From: Octopus vulgaris
Taxonomy: Eukaryota
Direction of reading: 5' to 3'
Length of the DNA: 64,000 bases
Assembly (NCBI GenBank): GCA_951406725.2
Contig: OX597816.1
Coordinates: 38,688,001 to 38,752,000, forward strand
Below the pieces are notes generated by a model. That model was not told the DNA's origin. It ran no database searches and saw only the letters and a list, made by a program, of their open reading frames with translations. The translations under genes and the position numbers were made by a program. Shown here piece after piece: positions 1 through 12,860 of the stretch (position 1 is its first letter; every line of letters starts with the position of its first letter).

Positions 1-412
1 ATCATCATTTCATCATTGTTTTAACGTCCACTTTTCCATGCTTGCATGGGTCGGATGGAATTTGCTAAGACGGATTTTCTGTGGGAAGATGCCCTTCCCA
101 TCACCAAATCCCCCACCTGCCTCCAAGTAAAGGTAATATTTTATCCTGACAAAGCAAGTTGTCACGAAAGATTGGAAACGAAGGACCCTACTTGTATGAC
201 GGTGACACTTGTTTACAACTACCATGCAATGTCAGAGCAAGGGGACAGTAACACACAGATAAGGGTTTCTTTCAGTTTCCCTCAACCAAATCCACTCTAA
301 AGGCTTTGGTTGGCCCAGGGCTAAAGTTGAAGACACTGCCCAAGGTGCCACGCAAGGGGACTGAACCTGAAACTGTACAGCTGGGAAGCAAACTTCTTAC
401 CACACAGCCATG
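1..412 (-). mobile_element. tRNA-derived SINE with RTE-like 3' tail
   Basis: Reverse complement starts with a tRNA-like head (tggctgtgtggtaagaag...ggttcagtcccc) and ends in catggaaaagtggacgttaaaac(gat)n, the terminus shared with the RTE LINE copies; related copies near 12110-12540, 19740-20140 and 42590-42900. Confidence 0.8.
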
Positions 413-646
413 ACCGCTCTCCAGTATCAGTCAAGCACTGGGTTTGTTTAATTGATTGTTATTTCCATCATGAAGGGTCTAGTACCTAACAAATCAATAA
501 TGATAAATTCAAGATGTGAAGGGTTATGGCATATTAAATATAATGCAAACTAAGGAAAATAACTCAATCAGGTCAATGGTATGAATTTGAAGAGATAACA
601 AAGGATTTTTAAAAATGCCATATGAAAAAAAAAATTTTTTATTTAC

Positions 647-674
647 CTCTTAGTTGGAGAAAGAAAACTAAAAC
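647..674 (-). CDS. Candidate 28-nt internal micro-exon of an unidentified minus-strand gene
   Basis: Minus strand reads cactaac (branch point) cattatttctAG|GTTTTAGTTTTCTTTCTCCAACTAAGAG|GTaaat; two open frames, (G)FSFLSPTK or VLVFFLQLR. Confidence 0.55.
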
Positions 675-1149
675 CTAGAAATAATGGTTAGTGAATCTGA
701 AAGAAGTGGTGATAATTTCAAGAAATAAAGAATTAAAATATCAAAGTAAATTTACATATTTGAAGGTTGGTAACTGATTTTGGGATACAGGTAAGAGGGA
801 CAACTATGGACCTTTTTGAGTCTACTAAGCCATCATTAGTTGAATATAGTATATTGGTAAGAACATACAAGGCAGTCTACCAATTCTGCTTTCATTTAAT
901 CAATAATATAATAATGTTTAATAATAATTAGCACAAGACTACTCATTTACAGAGGAAAGGTATAATCAATGAATCATCCCCCTCTCCAATATATAACTGG
1001 TACTTATTTTTTATCAACCTCAGAAAGACAAATCAATGAGGAAACCTCTACATCAATCATGGGCAGTTTATGGCTCACAAGACTTTCTAAATGGCATGCT
1101 TAATGATGAGCTATGTCTTATGCAACATGCTTCTGAAAAAAGCTTGCCC

Positions 1150-1352
1150 TATTCTTCATGGTCACTCGATCTGCTAGAAATAGCTGCTAAATTTTCTTCA
1201 TATCACACTCTACAGCCTTAAAAAGTGAAGAACAAAATGAATAATGTAGTCCTAGATATACTGTGTTTATAAAACCAGAGGGGTAAGATTACAATTGGAA
1301 TGACTTTGATCATAGGTTTGTTCAGTCAGGGCTAATCTAAAGCTAAACAATA
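1150..1352 (+). repeat. Unclassified interspersed repeat (about 200 bp family)
   Basis: Motifs ctgctagaaatagc and ggaatg...tttgatcatagg...cagggct...ctaaacaa recur near 9750, 16690, 22150, 36720, 51020 and 56850. Confidence 0.6.
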
Positions 1353-1709
1353 ATACTCACAAAAGGCTCAATGAATAAAACTGATTCCAGGAAACCAACC
1401 CTATTGTATGCTTGGTACTAAATTTTTCGAGCCTAAAATGATGAACATTAAAATAAGTAGCAGAATGATTTGAACTCAAAACAGGAATTTAATCCATCAC
1501 ATAAATAATTTCTACAATTCCATGATTCTTTTAATAAACATTTTTCACATTGGCGCAAAGCCACATACTTTGGCAAGAGCTGCAAGTACCTGGCTAATGT
1601 TTAGTTTATCAACTCCTGAGATATGAAAAGTAAAGCCAATCCTAGTGGGATTTGAACTCAAAGAAGACCTGAAGTTGACAAAAAGTAAAGTGCTGTATGT
1701 GCCATATAC

Positions 1710-1950
1710 ATCATCATCATCATCATCGTTTAAACGTCCGTTTTCCATGCTAGCATGGGTTGGACGGTTCGACCGGGGTCTGGGAAGCCAGGGGCTGCAC
1801 CAGGCTCCAGTCTGATCTGGCAGAGTTTCTACAGCTGGATGCCCTTCCTAACGCCAACCACTCCGCGAGTGTAGTGGGTGCTTTTAACGTGCCACCTGCA
1901 CAGGTGCCAGAGGGGTCTGGCATCGGCCACGATCGGTTGGAGCTTTTAAC
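1710..1950 (-). mobile_element. 5'-truncated RTE LINE 3' end
   Basis: (atc)n tail followed by cgtttaaacgtccgttttccatgctagcatggg, the same terminus as the ORF-bearing RTE copies at 38.7-39.9 kb and 59.3-60.15 kb; further copies near 8620, 37850 and 40790. Confidence 0.85.
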
Positions 1951-2780
1951 ATAAATAAATATAGTAAACAATTTTGCTTGTACCCAATACAATCTATCTC
2001 ACTCCTTTTTTTGCACCGCCAGTCATCATTCCACCTCTCCAGGCCACTGTTTATTGAAAGCTACCCTTTATTCTCTCATCATGGATCACCTCATTTATTA
2101 TACATCACTCCATCCACCCTCAAATCACCTATTCCTAACACTCTGTTTCTATCATCATACTCTTGCGCTTTTCATTCACTAATCTTGCTTGATTTTTGTT
2201 GCTGTTGTTTTTTTTTTGGGGGGGGCAGGGGGTCTTTTTCCAGTCACCACTATCTTATCACCCTGTTGGTGATGTTGCCTGAATCTTCTTAAGAGCATGA
2301 CAACTACAGTGCTGGTAACACTATAAGATGTACCTAGTACATTGTAAAATGATTACTGTTAGAAAGAGCATCCAGCCATAGAAATCAAGTCAAAAATAAA
2401 ACTTGATTCGTTTAGGAGGGCAGTAACTCCAAATAAAAACTAACTCAGGCCACAATGAACCATTTAACCAAAGCACAGCAGGCAGGTGTAAAACAATGAT
2501 GCTAGCGATGTTGATGAATTCAAGTAAATAATTGTGCAAATTTTGTAAGAAATCAAAGTACAATAATAATTAGCACCAGTTATATTCGAACATAGATTTA
2601 GTCTATGCATGCAAGCATAGCTATGGGGTTAACAAGTTCGTTTCATGACTACATGGTTTCAAGTACTGCATTACACACCCAGCAAGTAAGTGCCAACTAT
2701 AAAACTGACCAAAGCTTTTAGCCCGATGGAAAGACTATTGCTGTTCTTGAATGATAGACATACTACAACACAAGGTTTAA

Positions 2781-3001
2781 CCCTTTAGCATTTAAACTGG
2801 CCATATCCGGCCAAAAGTATTCTGCCTGTTTTATGTTCAAGCTGGCCAGATCTGGTCTCTCGTACCAACCCTACAATATCATTTTAAAAATTAACAGCTA
2901 CCTCATCAAAATCTCATAGCTACAAGATAATGCATGATTAGTTCAAAACAATGTGGATAAAAAAGGATTAATTTTGGCAGAATAATGTGAACACTAAAGG
3001 G
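2781..3001. mobile_element. piggyBac-type MITE
   Basis: TTAA target sites at 2777-2780 and 3002-3005; termini ccctttag/ctaaaggg; same family near 18370, 21550, 27595, 54476 and 57695. Confidence 0.85.
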
Positions 3002-3176
3002 TTAACTGAACACCAGTCTTTTGATGTCTTTAGGGAAGTTCACTCCATTGCAAGTGTTTGGGCAAATCTGAGAATAACTTCCGCCCTGCAATTTCAGAGG
3101 CTGTAAATGCACATCATGGCTTCTAACCTTACTCACCTTAGTAACATAAAAAAAAAATAAATAAATACCAGTTTAA

Positions 3177-3400
3177 CCCTTTGCTTGACCAAAGCATTTT
3201 CATCTAATTGTCCTCAATATCCATGGTAGTTTTCGAACTTGTTTTACATGTTCTAAGTCATATAAAGCATTCCTTTTATTATAAGTCCCAAGTCGCTCTA
3301 GCGGTTAAAGAAAAAACTTGGGAATGTGTATCACATATGATGCATGGATACCAGAAAAATGCCCCATGTATCACATGTGATACCTAAGACAGGCGAAGGG
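3177..3400. mobile_element. piggyBac-type MITE (second family)
   Basis: TTAA-ccctttgcttg ... aggcgaaggg-TTAA; internal repeated tgtatcacatrtgat palindromes. Confidence 0.75.
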
Positions 3401-3964
3401 TTAAGTGTCAACCATATGTACATCCTTATTAGTCAAACCTTTTCAGAGTAATTAAAATATACTATGTAATATGTAATAGTTTCAACAGAATCACTTCTTC
3501 TATCCATCCATTTTCCTACCCCTTCTATCTCTCTAATGCATTTACTCTGGCATCTTTTGTCTCAACTACTTTTAAAACTCTAAACACACACACCTGAATT
3601 GATTAACAGATACCAATCAAGTACTGAGTCGGTTTAAGCTCTCTCCCTCCCACAAAATGTGTCATGTACTAATATTTTAAAAAATCAATACTACACAGGC
3701 ACACATTCACAAACATTTATACGCACACAGAAAGAGAAAAAAAAAAAACAAAACAAAGAGAGCAAATGAAATTAAATAAACATATGACATAAGACACAAC
3801 TAAAAGGGCAAGCACTGAGGAGAGCATCTGATCATGAAGCACCGCCTCAAACTGTCTAACATGCTGGCATGGAAACATGGACATAAAAATTTCAATGAGG
3901 ACGGTGGCCACAGTGATCACTGTTCAAGTTCAACAAGGAGAAAGCAGAACAGTTTACTCATTAA

Positions 3965-4613
3965 CCCTTTCGTTACCAACTCGGCCAAAACCAGCTCCGG
4001 CTCTGTAGTACAAATGTCTTTTCATAAGTTTTCATAAGTTTCATAAAATCTTTCATCAAACCTTAGTCACAATTTATGTTCCTAACACTAGTTTAATGAT
4101 AACTTAATTATTTTACTAAATTCTTTGTTATATTTATAAATGATTGAAAGAAACTGAATATCTATTATAGGCGCAGGAGTGGCTGTGTGGTAAGTAGCTT
4201 GCTAACCAACCACATGGTTCCGGGTTCAGTCCCACTGCGTGGCATGTTGGGCAAGTGTCTTCTGCTATAGCCCCGGGCCGACCAATGCCTTGTGAGTGGA
4301 TTTGGTAGACGGAAACTGAAAGAAGCCTGTCGTATATATGTATATATATATATATGTATGTGTGTGTTTGTGTGTCTGTGTTTGTCCCCCTAGCATTGCT
4401 TGACAACCGATGCTGGTGTGTTTACGTCCCCGTCACTTAGCAGTTCAGCAAAAGAGACCGATAGAATAAGTACTGGGCTTACAAAGAATAAGTCCCGGGG
4501 TCGATTTGCTCGACTAAAGGCGGTGCTCCAGCATGCCCGCAGTCAAATGACTGAAACAAGTAAAAAGAGTAAAAAAGAGAGAGTATCTCAAAATAAATAC
4601 AGTAACTAAAGGG
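3965..4613. mobile_element. piggyBac-type MITE interrupted by a SINE
   Basis: TTAA-ccctttcgttac ... gtaactaaaggg-TTAA; an uninterrupted inverted copy lies at 31745-31965. Confidence 0.85.
4170..4580 (+). mobile_element. Full-length tRNA-derived SINE (family A)
   Basis: Head ggcgcaggagtggctgtgtggtaag...gggttcagtccc (A/B-box-like), central (TA)n(TG)n, tail gactgaaacaagtaaaaagag; near-identical to 25205-25600. Confidence 0.9.
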
Positions 4614-5753
4614 TTAATGATGGATTCAGTAGATGAGAGCTACAGATCCTCATGTACAGGGAGTTAGTCTTTTGCACTTTCCATTTCTTAGTTTTGTTTT
4701 ATTTTTGCTCTTTTTCTACTTGTAGCCTGCATGTTGATTTGTCAATATATCTGAGATTGTTTTTGAGCTGTTACAGATCTCTTTCCCAAAGCTACAACCC
4801 TTGACATGAGGGTTCTGCAATTAATTTTATACTGTGCAGTGACCATAGGTGGGAGCAGTAAGCTTAAGTGGCTATAGTGTACACTCAAGTGAAATTCCTC
4901 ACCCATTTATCATAAATATGGGCACTCAAACATAGCAGATAACAGCTAGCCTTTGGCTGCTATTTGGACCCCGTTGTGTCCACTACTCTGATTGGTTGGC
5001 ACAATTTGTCTCTTACTCTGTCATGCTAATATGTAGCATATAACCAATTGGAGCCCCTAAATAAGATCATGTGAGACAGCCTGTTCTTAACTCAATTTGA
5101 GCCTACTGCTCCTCATAAAAACCCAGCTACTCCTCATCTCGAAGTCTTTGGTTCCAGACCTTTTAAAGTCTAGCCACTGACCACAGAGGACAGCCAGTTA
5201 CAGTGACAACACCAGACGACAACACCCGTCCAACAGCATTATGGCAATCTCTTTCTTCATCACCAACATCTCTATGTACACAGCTCAACCAGCAACACTG
5301 CACAAGTTCCAGTATAGCACTGTTCATGAATTACTTCACCATGGTTAACAGCAAATACAACCTGTGAGAACTCTTGTACAAGAGACCCAGGCAGCAGCAT
5401 TACAGCCACAACTTTGTATGATACATACCGCAACCGGCTCTGCTTCAGCACCACAACTTCTTGATACAGTATTTCAATCACTGTATACAATTGACAACAA
5501 ACTGGTATTTCTCATTCTTGTGTCTATGAACATTCATCTAACTTCTTATTATAGACTTCCTGCCTTCTTCGTCGTTATTCTTATATGTACTTAACACACA
5601 CGCATGCATTCATTCCTATACACACATACACTTTGTTCTCAAGATGGCCTGTCTATTATTCTGTATACATGATACACACACAGACACACATGTCAACATA
5701 TTAATAAATCATTATTTACATTTGACGGATATTTGTCCTCATCTTTGTTGTTA

Positions 5754-5797
5754 ACACAACATTTCGGCTGATATACCCTCCAACCTTCATCAGGTGT
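5754..5797 (-). ncRNA. Minimal type I hammerhead ribozyme motif
   Basis: acac CTGATGA a ggttg gagggtatat cagcc GAAA tg TT gtgt: stem I acac/gtgt, stem II ggttg/cagcc, minimal stem III. Confidence 0.7.
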
Positions 5798-6025
5798 CTT
5801 GGGGAAATTTCAAACCTGGGTTCTCATTCCTAAGGTATTTTTTGATGGTGTTGTTGTTATTATCATTATTATTCAGATCACTGCTTGGAATCGAACTCGG
5901 AATCTTGGAGTTAGTAGCCTGAGCTCTTAACTCCAAGATTCCAAGTAGTGACCTGAATAATAGTAATAACAATAATATCGAAAAATACCTTAGGAATGAG
6001 AACCCAGGCTCAAAATTTCCCCAAG

Positions 6026-6069
6026 ACACCTGAAGAAGGCTGGAGGGTATATCAGCCGAAATGTTGTGT
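6026..6069 (+). ncRNA. Minimal type I hammerhead ribozyme motif
   Basis: acac CTGAAGA a ggctg gagggtatat cagcc GAAA tg TT gtgt. Confidence 0.7.
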
Positions 6070-6303
6070 TAACAACAAACAAGATGAGGACAAATATCCT
6101 ATTAATAATCATCTCTCAAACATTCTACTTGGTTGTGTCTCTCTTTTTCCAACTGGTACATCAAATGTATTATTACAGCCTTCGGAACAGAGTCATTATT
6201 AGATGGTTTTACCACACTTCAACATGCACAACTATCTATAATTGGTGACCCGACATAGAACACACACCACACACTTCCACGACCATCTATACATCCTCTA
6301 CAT

Positions 6304-6572
6304 CAGTGCTCCTCAAACTATCTGATGTGGTGTACCAGCAGTTTTTTTTCCAATGTCCCAGGGACCAGTAATGTTTCTTAGTACTATTAATTTATACTGG
6401 AAACAATATATATAATGAATATAATAAAAGTTGACAATTTTTTTTATATCTTATATTTATTTTGTAAACAAATAATACAATATTACATAAGCATTTTAAA
6501 ATGTTTCTTTCTTTTCCGGAAACTTGCCACATACAGGCACCGGTCTGTGGACCACCACTTTGAGTAGCACTG
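6304..6572. mobile_element. hAT (Charlie-like) MITE
   Basis: TIRs cagtgctcctcaaa / tttgagtagcactg; degenerate 8-bp TSD ctctacat/ctctagag. Confidence 0.7.
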
Positions 6573-7519
6573 CTCTAGAGGACCATCATTGTTTCCTAAT
6601 CTCTAGTTCTAAAAGTTCAGAGGATCTAACCAGCCAGCTGTCTACATTTTATTGCCAAATTAGTAATATGCACCAGGACGACCTGTTCTGCTGTTTGTGC
6701 AACTTTCAATGCCAAAGTTTGGTACAAGTCCTTCCAGAATCATGCGTATCTTTCACACCTTTCTGCAAGGAGTAGTGTCATAACTTTATCAGACTTTTCC
6801 AGTAAATGACACATTGCATTGAAATGGTCTTCTCTGTGTAGCTTTACTAGATTGCTTTGAGTTTTGCTGTCAATCTTATACTGTGTGGTGGCCATAGGTT
6901 GGAGCAGTAGGCCTAAGTGGCAGAGGACATATTTCCTCTAGAGGACCATCATTGTTTCCTATTCTCTTGTTTTAGAAGTTTAGAGGATCTATCTGGCCGG
7001 CCATCTGCATTTTATTGCCAAATTACTAATATGCACCAAGAAAGATGCATCATTATTCATGTCAAGGGTTGACTAAAAGATAATATCCATAGTCTCAGTT
7101 TGTCATGCTTGAGAATCAAGATGGAAAGTGTAATGACAGTTGCTTCTGATAGGATCCTATGGAGGAGGTACCTGAAAACGCTACCTCCACAAGCCTCCCA
7201 GTAATGGTATGTGGAGAAAATGGATGGATGGGTAGACGTATGCCATAGTTGAATAAAGTTCTTTACTTATTGAAGCCATTCTCAACTGCATAACCAATCA
7301 TCTACATTGAACTGATAACCATTTTAAACAACACAGCTGGCTCCATACTGTTTCTTGAGTCAAGTAACAGTAATCACAACGATCTTGTAACACTATAACA
7401 TGTTATACCCCTTTCTTCTTTTTATGGTACATTTGATTTCTGGTATATTTATGTTTTTCAGACAGAGATTCCATCCCTCTCCTCTGCCCACTATTCTTGA
7501 GAGGGTTGTTGGGGTAGAG

Positions 7520-7850
7520 TCCTCATAGGATCCTACCAATATCAACCATCATTAGATTTCTCCAGCTTGGTTCCAAGGTGTGTCCGACTGAGACTATGGA
7601 TATTATTCAACCATCTCATTCATGGTCTATCCCCAAGTCTCCAGCTAGCTGGGTTAGCTTCAGGAAACCATCTTCTCTGTGACATTCTAATTACATGTCT
7701 GTAGTTCCAGAGTTGTGTCTTCTCAATGCAGCTAAGTAGTGGCTTGACCTGGAGAGGGTTCCTGATCTTCAAGGTACAAATCCTGTCAAGTAGTGTTACT
7801 CCAGAGATCCCAAGATGGATCAGACAGTGATTAATTATCAAATTTTTATT
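7520..7850 (-). mobile_element. Decayed RTE-type LINE 3' fragment
   Basis: Translates to remnants of the IE..QL.W..HV.RM...G.RP.GRP region; homologous plus-strand fragments at about 7040-7240, 17640-17980 and 26290-26730. Confidence 0.65.
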
Positions 7851-8714
7851 GTCTAGACATGCATAAGTTTTCAAACTCTTTATGCTTAGGCATGGACTAA
7901 TGTTGAAGCCGGTTACACTTATAATCCATTGCTTAGCCTCTCACAGACAGCCTTCAAAATCTTACAAAAGGAATGATGGCAAATTTCTCAAAGAATGATA
8001 TGCTCAATTTGCATATGTTTGCAAAGTGCCTGATTTTTCTTTAAAAAGCTCTGGATACTAAAATCTGCCAAGCACAAAAAATACCTTCAACCTCAAAAAG
8101 TACCAAAATACCTTTAAACATAACCCAGAAAGAACAATAAAGAAAAGATAGTTTGACTCAGAATTCCTGAGAGCATATGCCTTACACACCATACATACAA
8201 TGTATATATAGATATATATGTTCGTCAGGACAAATGTTTGTACCAAACATATACCAAACAAAATAAAAACAAATATCTTAACTCTTTATCCCTTTTGTTT
8301 CTCTTAAGCCAACAAAACTATAGAATATCTTTGACTAGATGTATATGAACCAGCGATTACAGAATGTGACTGGGTGTATATAGCGCAATAAGGTTATAGA
8401 AATATTCTATCTTCTTTCATAATTATTTTCAAGTTCTCAAAGTCAATAACAAAATAAAGTATGAAAGAAATATATAAACAATACAGAAAATATATCTTCA
8501 TTGAAGACAAAATCCTGGCAAGCTCGCCAAAAGTGTTATTCTTGTCCCTCTTCTAATAGAAACATTTCCAGAAGCTTTAAAATAACTTTAAATCATACTT
8601 GTTCTCTCTCTCTCTCTCTATCATCATCATCATCGTTTAACGTCCGCTTTCCATGCTAGCATGGGTTGGACGGTTCAACTGGGGTCTGGGGAGCCCGAAG
8701 GCTGCACCAGGCCA

Positions 8715-8756
<42 letters not shown>

Positions 8757-10146
8757 AGAGAGAGAGAGAGAGAGCAATTATATTCAATTTTTGTAACATG
8801 CTAACAGATTTGTAGGATTCAAAGCCAAGGTTGTAGAAATATCTGAAAATAGTCATTTGTGAAAGGTACAAGTTTTTCTCTGCAGCAGTTTACCAACTAG
8901 GTTTGTATTCTTGGAATATTTATCACAATGTTATTCTATGGGTCAGCTTCACATTACTCTGGGTCCAGATTCCAGATAGTCACATTACAACAATGTATAT
9001 ATCAAACATTACAACAATGAAAAAATTATACTAGCCAGTAAGAAAGAGATTTGCCCAGAATGTTTTCTACCACAGCCTCAGGTTGGGGTGTTGTAGCCTT
9101 AAGTAAGCCCACTTCATTTCATGAAGCACTTTACTCCAGGACACAACACACCACCTGGACTGAGAATTGAATCCACAACCTAACAATCATGAATCCAATG
9201 AGGGTGCGTGTAGGCCTCACATGCTCACATGTAAGTGCATAGGTGTGCTAAAAACACGTCCATTTAATCAGACCTTGCATTCTTATTTATTCATATCTTT
9301 TCTTATAACCTGGTGGCCTAATTTGATATTTGTTGGTTAAAGAAAAACTGAAAAAAATCTAATTATATGCTCACACACACACACACACACAAATGTACAC
9401 ATATCAACAGATAACTAATGAACGTGTAGAAAGAAGGTATCTATTTACATATGCATATTTATGAATGTTTACAACATGATTGTTCAAGAATGGATATTGT
9501 TTGACTGGCAGCAAGGCGTATAAAACTGTAAAGTTAGGTTAATATTTAGAATAAACCAGTGTACTGTTATTATTGTAGATGTATGTATATCTAGTGAAAG
9601 ATACGTAGGTGGAGAAGTTCTTGGAATTACTGGACAAAGTACCTACTGAAATATAGTGTGGGCAGCTAGAAGAAAGAGAGGTAGCAGATAACTTTCAAGT
9701 GGAGAGAGTTAATTATAGCAGCAACTTTAATTCTTTAAGCAACATGAGCCAACTTAATAGAAATAGCAGCCAGATTGACTTCAAATTATATGTATCTTAA
9801 AGAAAAGGAATTCATTGAACAATGTTGCCTAAAGTATAAAAAACAAAATGTGGTGGTTATAGCAGTAACATGTTTGATAATGGGTCTGCTTTACTTGGAT
9901 GGACCTGGGGTTAAGCAATACATAGATTATAAATAGTATGAATTGAGCAATAGAAGTTTTAAAATACTGCAAACATGTATTAATGAAACCACTACAAATC
10001 ACATTGACTTAAAAAAAAAATAAGTACTATGGTCAATTTGTTTGTTTAACTAAAACTTCAAAGAGGTACTCCAGCATGGCTGTAGTCCAATGATTGAAAC
10101 AAGTAAAAGAATAAAAGAATACATATACATACACAAGCACCTACAT

Positions 10147-10177
<31 letters not shown>

Positions 10178-10178
<1 letters not shown>

Positions 10179-10395
10179 CTGGCAGAACTGTTAGCACGCC
10201 GGGCGAAATACGTAGCCGTATTTCGTCTGCCGTTACGTTCTGAGTTCAAATTCCGCCGAGGTCAACTTTGCCTTTCATCTTTTCGGGGTGGATAAATTAA
10301 GTACCAGTTAAGCACTGGGGTCAATGTAATTGTCTTAATCCATTTGTCTGTCCTTGTCCCCTCTATGTTTAGCCCCTTGTGGGTAATAAAGAAAC
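10178..10395 (+). mobile_element. tRNA-like SINE (family B)
   Basis: ctggcagaa...gagttcaaattccgccgaggtc...gcctttcatc...aagtaccag; near-identical to 41648-41870 and 57143-57300 (minus). Confidence 0.85.
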
Positions 10396-10433
10396 ATATA
10401 TATATAATACACACACACATATATATTTATAAT

Positions 10434-10477
<44 letters not shown>

Positions 10478-12816
10478 GTATAGAAAAAAGTTACTCATAT
10501 GAACAGGGAAATTCAAAGGCTTGTTTTGGTTCAATGGTAAAACACCTTTCTTGTTTACAAATGTGGGTTTGAGTTCCATGGGTAGCCTACAACTATTCCT
10601 ATCCAAAGGATGTTTTAAACCCAATATTTATGTGCTATTATTTATAACTTCATTTCCTTTGAAGTCTACCATTCCCAAAAATAAAATAAAAACTGAAGGT
10701 TAGAAAGATCTAAGTATATTAAATAGAGGAAGTTCATCTTTCAAATGAGACACTGAAAGAGCTATAAAGATGGCCAGCCAAAAATTTGGTTGGATACTAA
10801 GCATCTTTTGGTCAAGAAACCAAATGATAATTTTGACCTTGTACCAAAGGATGGCTGTCCCATTTTTGAATACAACTCAATATTTATATTCCCCAACCTG
10901 TGTGTGTGTGGGTGTGAGAGAGAGAGATAGCAATTCTTGGAAATGTGAAAAGATTACTAACATTTAAAAGCTATTCCTTTGAAGGCAAAGATTATAGGAA
11001 GCAATTGAAAGAACTGAAGATCTGATAGATAGAATTAAGAAGAAATATGTACAGAGAATATGTACAGAGAATCCTGTAAAACTTGGAACAAAATATGAAG
11101 CAAAAACAGAAAACCCATGATTTCCTACAATGATGAGTGAAAAGGGAAACTTAGCAGGATTTCCCTACTGAACAACAGTTGTTCAAAAATTACAAAGACC
11201 CCCTGCAAGAGAAATATTCATCCAAATCAGAGATCCCAAACTCTTTAACATTTTGCCAAAAGAAATCAGAAATCTTGAGAACATTCATTTAATACATTAC
11301 TGAAAGTGAGATTTGACAAATAATTCAAAATTATTCCACATTTACCCACTGCTGCTGATTGATTTTGCACAATTCCAATCTAAAAACTTTGAAAATTACA
11401 AAGAGATGTACAAAATCAAAGCTTTCAAAGATTCAACTAGAAATTAACCTTTGTGAAATTAAATTTCATGGTTATTCTTGTAATGATGTTTAATATCTTC
11501 CAAAAAAAATAGAACTGGTATTTTCTGCAAGTCACGTTGCCTCAATAAACTTGACATACCTGAACAAAATTAGTTTCAAACATAACATTCCTCAACAAAA
11601 GAGGCTGGTGTATAAAACTCCTTTCTATAGCTAAGAGTAATGAATTTTTAAGTGGATATATCTGAATTCTGCAGTAAAATGGTTAAAAAGTCCAAAGTTA
11701 AAAAAAAAAAATTCTGATCTGACTACTTCGTGTGAAGTACATCCATTACCTTTGAATATTTCCCACAAGCAACTCAATTTTTTTTTTATTTTCACCAGCA
11801 TAGTCATTTATGATTTATGCATTATAGTGAAGTTAGCTCTCATATTTGTAGGAAGACAGTAGGTAGACACTAAATAATGAGCAGTATTATCATTAATGGC
11901 AGTACATTTTTTTTTCTTCCACTGGTTTCAAATTGGTTCACTGTTTACAAGGGTATTTGTACCACTTTGTTCATTTTCACATCCATTTTTCAATGGTGGT
12001 ATGAGATACACGAGTATATTACAGTTAGATGCTCTCCCTGTTGCTAACCCTTACCTGTTGTTTCTAAACACACAACATACATACTCTATCAATATATTTA
12101 GAGAGATAAATCATCACCATTATTTATCTACTTTCCATGCTTGCATGAATCAGATAGAATTTTGTTGAGGCGGATTTTGTATAGGCAGGATGCCCTTCCT
12201 GTTGCCAATCTCATCTGTTTCCAGGTAAGGTAATATTCCCCATTTTATAATGAACTCTTTGTATGACCACCCTCCCTGTCCCCCTACATGGCCTTGCTTA
12301 CTTGTATTGCTTGTATGACGGTGATGGTTGTTTGCAACCATCACATGATGTCAAGACAAGACACACTCACACACACGTATGTGACAGGCTTCTTCTAGAT
12401 TCCATCTACCAAATCCACCCTCAAGGCTTTGGTCAGCTCAAAGCTAGAGTAGCAGATACTTGTCCGAGATGCTACACAGTGGCCTGACCTGAGACCACAT
12501 AGCTAGGAAGTAAAGCTTCTGAACTATATAGCCATACATGCACCTGTATATAAAAATGACAGGCTTTTTAAAAAAATTTCTGACAACCAAATCCACTCAA
12601 AAGGTTTTGGCCACCCAAGCCTACAATAAAAAGCACATGACCAAGCTAGCATTCAATTGTACTGAAACCAGAATATGGCCTGAACTCTTTGTATGACCAC
12701 CCTCCCTGTACATAACTCGCTGTCCCCCTACATGACCTTGCTTTTGCTTTTTGAGCCAATAAAAATTGAATTGAATTGAAAAACTCAACTCTTCTCAACT
12801 GAACAGAGTCTTATGT

Positions 12817-12860
12817 TGATTAAGCTGATGAGGTTTTAATATGACTGAAATATGCCCATA
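12817..12860 (+). ncRNA. Degenerate minimal hammerhead motif in a probable Penelope-like tail
   Basis: taag CTGATGA ggtt ttaatat gact GAAA tatg cc cata; cleavage triplet and stem I carry substitutions. Confidence 0.4.

Larger units (their letters stand above)
5713..6100 (-). mobile_element. Fold-back Penelope-like non-autonomous element with tRNA-like head and hammerhead motifs
   Basis: Inverted arms meet at about 5930; TSD-like attaata(a)atcat at 5700-5712 and 6101-6112; hammerhead motif in each arm. Confidence 0.7.
5019..6252 (+). mobile_element. Probable LTR with tRNA-Trp primer-binding site (Gypsy-like), interrupted by a Penelope-like insert
   Basis: Starts TGTCATG, has a TATA-like cataaaa near 5115, and is followed by TGGTGACCCGAC at 6243-6254 (complement of the tRNA-Trp 3' end); no second LTR or gag/pol seen. 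Confidence 0.45.

Noticed and set aside
4170-4245. tRNA genes
   Set aside because: These tRNA-like sequences continue into SINE bodies and do not form complete cloverleaves
11449-11559. Exon-like segment on the minus strand with a good acceptor
   Set aside because: All three frames contain stops and the donor is weak
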